A stretch of DNA of 64,000 nt from Eledone cirrhosa (Eukaryota), in the NCBI GenBank assembly GCA_964016885.1, contig OZ024745.1, positions 35,836,001 to 35,900,000 of the forward strand. Reading direction: 5' to 3'. The position numbers were made by a program, and so were the translations under genes. Numbering within the stretch: the stretch's first letter is position 1; each line of letters starts with the position of its first letter. A model generated the notes under the pieces. That model was not told where the DNA came from and did no database searches. It was given only the letters and a program-made list of their open reading frames with translations. This document shows positions 56,850-64,000 of this stretch, one piece after another.

Positions 56850-57477
56850 TGTGTGTGTGTATGTGTAGGTGTGGGTGTGTATGTGAGATAGAGAAAGAGA
56901 GAGAGAAAGAAAGAAAACAGTGTGTATGTGTGTGTTTGTGGGGTGTGGGAGGTAGAGGGAAAGGAATTAAGAGAAAGCTCGATAAGCACGAATCATGGTA
57001 CATTTTATTGCACACGTGAACACAAATAAGTGCACTAAAACATATATCTATATATCGATCTGTATGATCAGATGTATATAATATATATATATATATACAT
57101 TTTACTCAGTTTATATATACTGTTTACTTAGCTGAAGTACTGGTTCTTAATTGACAATTATAATGTCACGTTGATAAACAGCTAATGACTTTGTAACTAT
57201 TAGAGGAAATAAACTTCGTTTAGGGACACAGCACTATGGTAATGGACGTGCGTCTACATGTGAGAACACAGATACCTAAATATGGATTGTTACACGATGA
57301 CCCCACTCCCCACCCCACACACAGCCCCGGTGGACAGGATGGAGAAGGCGTTCCCCGGGAGGATGGCAAGGGAGACGCGCTGTAAAAGCCACCCCAACTC
57401 GCGGGATTCACACCTGTTGCTGGCCAGCTCAGCGCCTATGGTGATCAGTAGGGAGGTAGCTCTAGAGCCGAGGATAG

Positions 57478-57685
57478 TGTAGAAATGAGCTGCGACGTCA
57501 CTGGTGCCAAGCTGTATCGGCCATTGCCTTTCCCTTGGGCAACATCGGTGGCGTGGAGAGGGGTGCTGGTATGCATGGGCGACTGCTGGTCTTCCACAAA
57601 ACAAATCTTGCCCAGGCTTGTCCCTCGGAGGGAAACTTTCTAGATGCAAAACCATGGTCATTCGTGACCGAATGGGACCAAAAGA
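57478..57685 (+). mobile_element. SINE family 2 body
   Basis: ggtgccaagctgtatcgg.cattgccttt...tgcatgggcgactgctggtcttccacaaaa matches the reverse complement of 4900-5060. Confidence 0.8.
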
Positions 57686-58170
57686 TATATATACATATAT
57701 ACCAGAGACATCCTGGGTGAATCAGGCTGCTCATTGCCATCTCAACGTGTTCAACCCATTAAAATAGATTTCAGCTTATTTAAGAAGAATTTAACGAAAG
57801 CCTGTGCTTCAAATTCATTGTTTCATTACTGACAGAAGCAATAGGTAGTTATAATTCAAATGTATTTGAAATTATTTAGAATTCATCACTCAACACATCT
57901 ATTTATATAGTGAGAATGCATTTATGTTATTTATTTTGCGTATTATATTATTTTATAGGTGTCACAAATGACAACAAAAGAATGAAGTCTGAGATTACCA
58001 GAGTTAGGTTGTCGATGAAGACAGAAGTCGATGACGAAATATGATATCGATAAGATAGGATGAGAGCGACACATGATAAGAACAATTGCCATAAGTTTGT
58101 GAGGAATGCTTGGCTTACAATCGACTGATGATGGCTGCAAATGATGATGATGATGATTATCATAAGTTGA

Positions 58171-58268
<98 letters not shown>

Positions 58269-58269
58269 G

Positions 58270-58458
58270 TTGTTTCTACGTTTGGCACAAGGCCAGCAAT
58301 TACCCAGTGCATTACTGGTACTTTATTTTATCGACCCCGTAAGGATGAAAGGAAAAGTTAACAACGGAAGGATTTAAACTCAGAATGGCAAGGGCCGTAA
58401 CTCTATGCGTCAACGCATGGCGTCTGACGCTCTACCGATACTGCCAATTCACCGCCCT
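58270..58458 (-). mobile_element. tRNA-derived SINE, family 1 (near full length)
   Basis: Minus strand begins ggcggtgaattggcagtatcggtagagcg (A box) and matches 1066-1245. Confidence 0.85.
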
Positions 58459-58741
58459 TATATATATATATATAATAGTAAAAGTAGAAGATCAACGCGA
58501 GCTTTGTGGTTTCGGATAGTTGTCTCTTTATATATATATATATATATAGATTTAGGGTTATGTATGTAATAAAACCTTTTATGGTAATATATTTTTTATA
58601 CAAACTTTAAATAGTGAAAGATAGTCATTAATTACTATCTTATTACCAGTAAGATAAATAGCTCAATGTAATAACATCGTTTGTTTTACAGAGCAGTTAT
58701 ATAGAGATTACAATAATCAAAGTTCAGTTTAAATCATTTAT

Positions 58742-58790
58742 TTGCTTACAATTGTTTCCTCCAAACCGAGGTTTGGATTCTTCGGAGCAA
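58742..58790 (-). ncRNA. Type I hammerhead ribozyme (CCGAAGA core)
   Basis: Exact mirror of 61716-61764. Confidence 0.8.
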
Positions 58791-61715
58791 CTATTTAGTG
58801 ATCTATAACATAATTGACCTCCTTTCCAACACAAGAGACATATAAAACATATGCACATATTGATCCACAGTGGGATGACATCCATCAAAATGATATAGCA
58901 TGGCAATTTACATATAAAGGTTAAAGGATAAAAATAAAAATAAAAATATAAATAAAAATAAAAATAAAAATAAAAATAAAAATAAAAATAAAAATAAAAA
59001 TAAAAATAAAAATAAAAATAAAAATAAAAATAAAAATAAAAATAAAAATAAAAATAAAAATAGAAATAAAAATAAAAATAAAAATAAAAATAAAAATAAA
59101 AATAAAAATGAAGCATTGGCAGTCTATGAAGATAAAGCAAGAGGAAAGTTTAGAGTAGTCAGTGCATGAAACAATCTCACGTGTAGCATGCACGTGTGTC
59201 TTATTTTTACAGGATTAGAGTGCGTCAGAATGTTATTTGCAGGGTCAGGCAGTTGAAGCAGGCAATCGATATTATTATGTGGGCTGAATTATTAAATCAT
59301 TTATTCGCATACACCTGTATGATATACAGTCCCGAATGTAGAGAAACACCAAAATATCAAAAATTTCAAACATATAAACCGTATTATATCGTAGGCAAAA
59401 CAGTACCACTGTCTTCGCGCACACCACCACTCACATAATCCATGAGACGCAATATATAGAACACGGGTCTATCATATAATTCACGATGGTTCAGCATATA
59501 ACCAAGTTATAAACCGTATCTTGTCGATTCTTAATTAATAGATCATGTTGTTTAGTTTGGTGTGATGATATTATATTCCGGAAGTGTCTGTATGACCAAG
59601 GGGAATTAATGCGTAAGGGGAGGTAACTAGCTGGTTTTCTTAGTTAAATTTATTATCCTAAATTACATTAATGGTGTTTCAAATAAATGCCTATCAGTTG
59701 ATGTTATAACTAATTTCTAGATTATGTTACTTATTTATAGGTTACAGTGTTGTCTATTAAGAAGTACTAAGTTGTATATATCAGGATGATTACCTTCTAT
59801 TAAGGGGTGTCATATCTGAACATTCCATAAGAGGTGTCAGACCCCCAAATCAATGTTCTTTGTAAATGTAATTCCTCCCGCAGGACCTGGCATGGTCCTA
59901 TTATTATATATGACTGCCGGTAGGCTCTGGGTCATTGTATGTCTGAATCCTTGGTAAATCTGAATATCTTCAGGATGGTCCGGAGATCAAATTTCTCATA
60001 TAAAGACACCAGTCTGGCCATCAAGCAATAGATTACCTACCATCTCATATATAAATTAAATTAGGTATCTTATCTACAAATTAGAGTGGAGTATATTAAT
60101 AGGTACTAAAGGAGTTCATATCATGATGATTACAATCTGGAGATCAAATCTCTCATATAAGGACACCAGTCTGGCCATCAAGCAATACATAAACTCCCAT
60201 CTCACATATAAATTAAGATAGGTATCTTATCTACAAATTAGAGTGGAGTCTATTAATACGTACTAAAGGGGTTCATATCATGATGATTACAATCTAATAT
60301 GGAGTGCCACACCTGGGCAATCTATAAGAAGAGTCAGACTACAAAATTAATTATATGGGTCTCACTACTAATAATGGTCTTATTATCATACAAGACTCCC
60401 GGCAAGTTTCAGGTCATTGTATGACTGCATCCCCGGTAAACTCACCAGGGTGGTCCGGGGGCCAGTTCTCTCATCAAAAAATACCAATCAGGTCACCAAG
60501 CAACACAGAAACTCCTAACTCATGTATCACCTGTGCATAATTCATTGAACTGATCGGATAGAGTATATATACACATAACAATAAGATTACCTACTTAATC
60601 ATCAATCTATCTCATGGTGGCATTCCATGCACAGGATTATGTTATCACAACCAATACCGTGTCTACAGTTTATATTAAACATATATTTGTGCAATGCAGT
60701 TTAAGTAGTCCACGGCCGAGATATCAGAATTAGAAGTACATGGGGGTATCCCCAGGGTAGATGGTACTAAAATGCTGCCAGTATTACCCTTAGAGTATAA
60801 ATTAGTTATAACATCATATGATAGGCACTTATTTGAAACACCATTAATGTAATTTAGGATAATAAATTTAACTAAGAAAACCAGCTAGTTACCTCCCCTT
60901 ACGCATTAATTCCCCTTGGTCATACAGACACTTCCGGAATATAATATCATCACACAAAACTAAACAACATGATCTATTAATTAAGAATCGACAAGATACG
61001 GTTTATAACTTGGTTATATGCTGAACCATCGTGAATTATATGATAAACCCGTGTTTTATATATTGCGTCTCATGGATTATGTGAGTGGTGGTGTGCGCGA
61101 AGACAGTGGTACTGTTTTGCCTACGATATAATACGGTTTATAATATGTTTGAAATTTTTGATATTTTGGTGTTTCTCTACATTCGAGACTGTATATCATA
61201 CAGGTGTATGTGAATAGATGATTTAATAATTCAGTCCACATAATAATATCGATTGCTTGCTTCAACTGCCTGACCCTGCAAATAACATTCTGACGCACTC
61301 TAATCCTGTAAAAATAAGACACGCGTGCATGCTACACGTGAGATTGTTTCATATACTGACTACTCTAAACTTTCCTCTTGCTTTATCTTCATAGACTGCC
61401 AATGCTTCATTTTTAATTTTATTTTTATTTTTATTTTTATTTTTATTTTTATTTTTATTTTTATTTTTATTTTTATTTTTATTTTTATTTTTATTTTTAT
61501 TTTTATTTTTATTTTTATTTTTATTTTTATTTTTATTTTTATTTTTATTTTTATTTTTATTTTTATTTTTATTTTTATCCTTTAACCTTTATATGTAAAT
61601 TGCCATGCTATATCATTTTGATGGATGTCCATCCTCTGTGGATCAATATGTGCATATGTTTTATATGTCTCTTGTGTTGAAAAGGAGGTCAAGTATGTTA
61701 TAGATCACTAAATAG

Positions 61716-61764
61716 TTGCTCCGAAGAATCCAAACCTCGGTTTGGAGGAAACAATTGTAAGCAA
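61716..61764 (+). ncRNA. Type I hammerhead ribozyme (CCGAAGA core)
   Basis: TTGCT-CCGAAGA-aTCCAAACctcgGTTTGGAg-GAAA-CAATTG-TA^AGCAA: 5-bp stem I, 7-bp stem II and palindromic stem III. Confidence 0.8.
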
Positions 61765-61795
61765 ATAAATGATTTAAACTGAACTTTGATTATTG

Positions 61796-61904
<109 letters not shown>

Positions 61905-62076
61905 TGGTACCATGGGCCCAGCACTATATGTCAATAATTGTCACAAGCGTAGTGTTTGTACCAGAGTTTTCAAGTCGCTGGCTGGACTAAAAAATCACAC
62001 TTGTTCAGCGCATCGGTAGGGGTTCTCCTACATGAATATAACGTAGTGGCCATACTCGAAAACAAGTTAGCAGCCA

Positions 62077-62140
<64 letters not shown>

Positions 62141-62386
62141 AAAGATTGTGAGAGAGAACAAGAACCAAATAATGTATAGAGGAACGCAAAAATAGATAAA
62201 TGAATGACAAAAGAAAAACCAAGTAATATAAAAATATCTATTTACAAAAACAAAAAGAGAAACACAATCAGAATGACAGACACGGAACTGAAACGAAATG
62301 AACGAATGAAATGAATAAACAGAAGGAAGAGCTTACGTGTAGACGAGTTGGTAGTGGGTTGAAGAAAATCTAAAGAAAAACTATAC

Positions 62387-62433
<47 letters not shown>

Positions 62434-62917
62434 CGGGAGGCAGACTAATACTTATGAGCTAGACATTCTGAGATCAAAAGATTTCTAGTGTAGTCATGTA
62501 GATTTGAACTTTTGTTTTTATTGTCAGCGTTTATGCAATGTCTTTTTCCGTTGTATGTGATATCGTCACGAACATTGATATCATAAATACTATTGCTAAG
62601 TCAGTATAACACCAATGTCTATTGTATATTGTGCTTACTGTATTCGCAATATGTTTATTTTGTGGATTTATATTATTCAAATCACATTCGTGTATTTATA
62701 TTTACATACAGTATCACGTAGCAAGAGGTAAAGACACGTACATACAAAAACCTAAGAAGAAACGCATGCACATACACATGTTTACTTGTAAATTAATGTA
62801 TTTCCATTTCAGTCATCGTATGTACACACAGACAGAGACACAGATAAAGACGCAGACATACACACATATGTGTGTATGTTTGTGTGTGTCTGTGTCTCTG
62901 TTTGTGTGTGTGTGTGT

Positions 62918-63007
<90 letters not shown>

Positions 63008-63594
63008 AAATATACATGCTTATTATAATAGATATTTTGAATGTATATCTATCTATTTAGATAACCGAAAGATTACAAACTCTTCTCTCACTTTATATCA
63101 ACACACCCGAAGTAACTCCTACTTCGTCTCCCCTCTCCCCAATCATATTGGAGGAGTGAATAAAATAGAAAGGGTGAGAAAATATTTGCGTATGTGTGTC
63201 TGTGTTGTATTTTGGTAGTCGCCTGGGCTGTCTGGTGTTCGGTGCCAAACAATACTTCCTCGCATGTAAGGTGACGTCAATGTACATCAGATAGGCTAGT
63301 TGTTCAACTATGACGCGCAAACATCACACACATTTCATCATAGGCTCGTTTCATGGAGGCTAATCTGTAGCTAAAGATCTAAGACGTAAACTCCTAGAAA
63401 TATCAGCCAAGTTCTCCGAGATCATAATGTAATGTGATTAACTAGGGAAGAACAAATTGGTAAATGTCATCTTATATCTACACAATATATATATATATTA
63501 TAAATATAAGCTATCGTCGTATTTTGACTAAAAAAAATTATTTAGCCTGATAGTGGGGTTAAGAACCCTCGGAGAAATGGAAAAAAGATGAGTA

Positions 63595-63667
63595 TTGACG
63601 TAGATGGGAGTCGAACCCAGATCTTTGGTTATCCAGACCACTGTACTACCATTACACCAAAACATCA
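63595..63667 (-). pseudogene. tRNA-like sequence (SINE-type head)
   Basis: TGATGTT..tggtgtaatgg (A box)..TGGT-CTGGATA-ACCA..TGGG-TTCGACT-CCCA..TACGTCA; imperfect cloverleaf. Confidence 0.7.
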
Positions 63668-63869
63668 CCCGTCTTCTTCCATTCAAATTAGAAGCTATAA
63701 TCTTAGCAACTGTAATGTCAAGTAAGAATATTTTCGAAACAGCGAGCGAGTTTGAAATTATAAATATAAGCTATCGCCTTATTTTGACTAAAGAAATTAA
63801 AGAAATTATTCTTACTTGACATTACAGTTGCTAAGATTATAGCTTCTAATTTGAATGGAAGAAAACAAG

Positions 63870-63942
63870 TGATAGGTTGGTGCAATGGTAGCACAGTAGT
63901 CTGGATAACCAAAGATGTGAGTTCGACTCCCATGTACGTCAA
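63870..63942 (+). pseudogene. tRNA-like sequence (inverted copy)
   Basis: GTGCaatggtaGCAC D-arm and gagttcgactc B box. Confidence 0.7.
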
Positions 63943-64000
63943 TACTCATCCGTTTCCATTTCTCCGAGGGGCCTTAACCCCACTATCAGGCTAAATAATT

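Larger units (their letters stand above)
63498..64000. mobile_element. tRNA-containing partial-tandem/fold-back element (runs off the window)
   Basis: Direct repeat 63498-63538 = 63759-63798 (~261 bp unit), inverted arms 63536-63730 / 63806-64000, left TA flank. Confidence 0.8.

Noticed and set aside
57290-57478. GC-rich patch as a possible HDV-like ribozyme or promoter
   Set aside because: I could not build the nested double pseudoknot by eye, and there is no other support.
63870-63942. Functional tRNA gene
   Set aside because: Mismatched acceptor and anticodon stems, an atypical loop, and location inside a repeat element.

Overview
AT-rich, microsatellite-saturated eukaryotic DNA, most likely intronic or intergenic sequence from an octopod cephalopod (inferred from the tRNA-derived SINE families). 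No intact host gene can be supported, and nearly all track ORFs are translated (TA)n/(CA)n/(CT)n. The dominant signal is more than 15 asymmetric fold-back (inverted-repeat) insertions at microsatellites, from at least 10 unrelated sequence families. Many carry a type I hammerhead ribozyme (HHR) or a core variant near their outward-facing ends. Three contain remnants of Penelope-like element (PLE) RT/GIY-YIG ORFs from different lineages, and a fourth decayed PLE has no visible inverted arm. Most are non-coding, including retrozyme-like partial-tandem units (~470 and ~618 bp), a ~3.2 kb element with ~1 kb inverted arms, and a tRNA-containing ~261 bp unit. Also present are an RTE LINE with an apparent 5' inversion, a non-autonomous Helitron splitting a LINE RT motif, and several SINEs. 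All alignments and folds were done by eye, so coordinates are approximate to a few nt.
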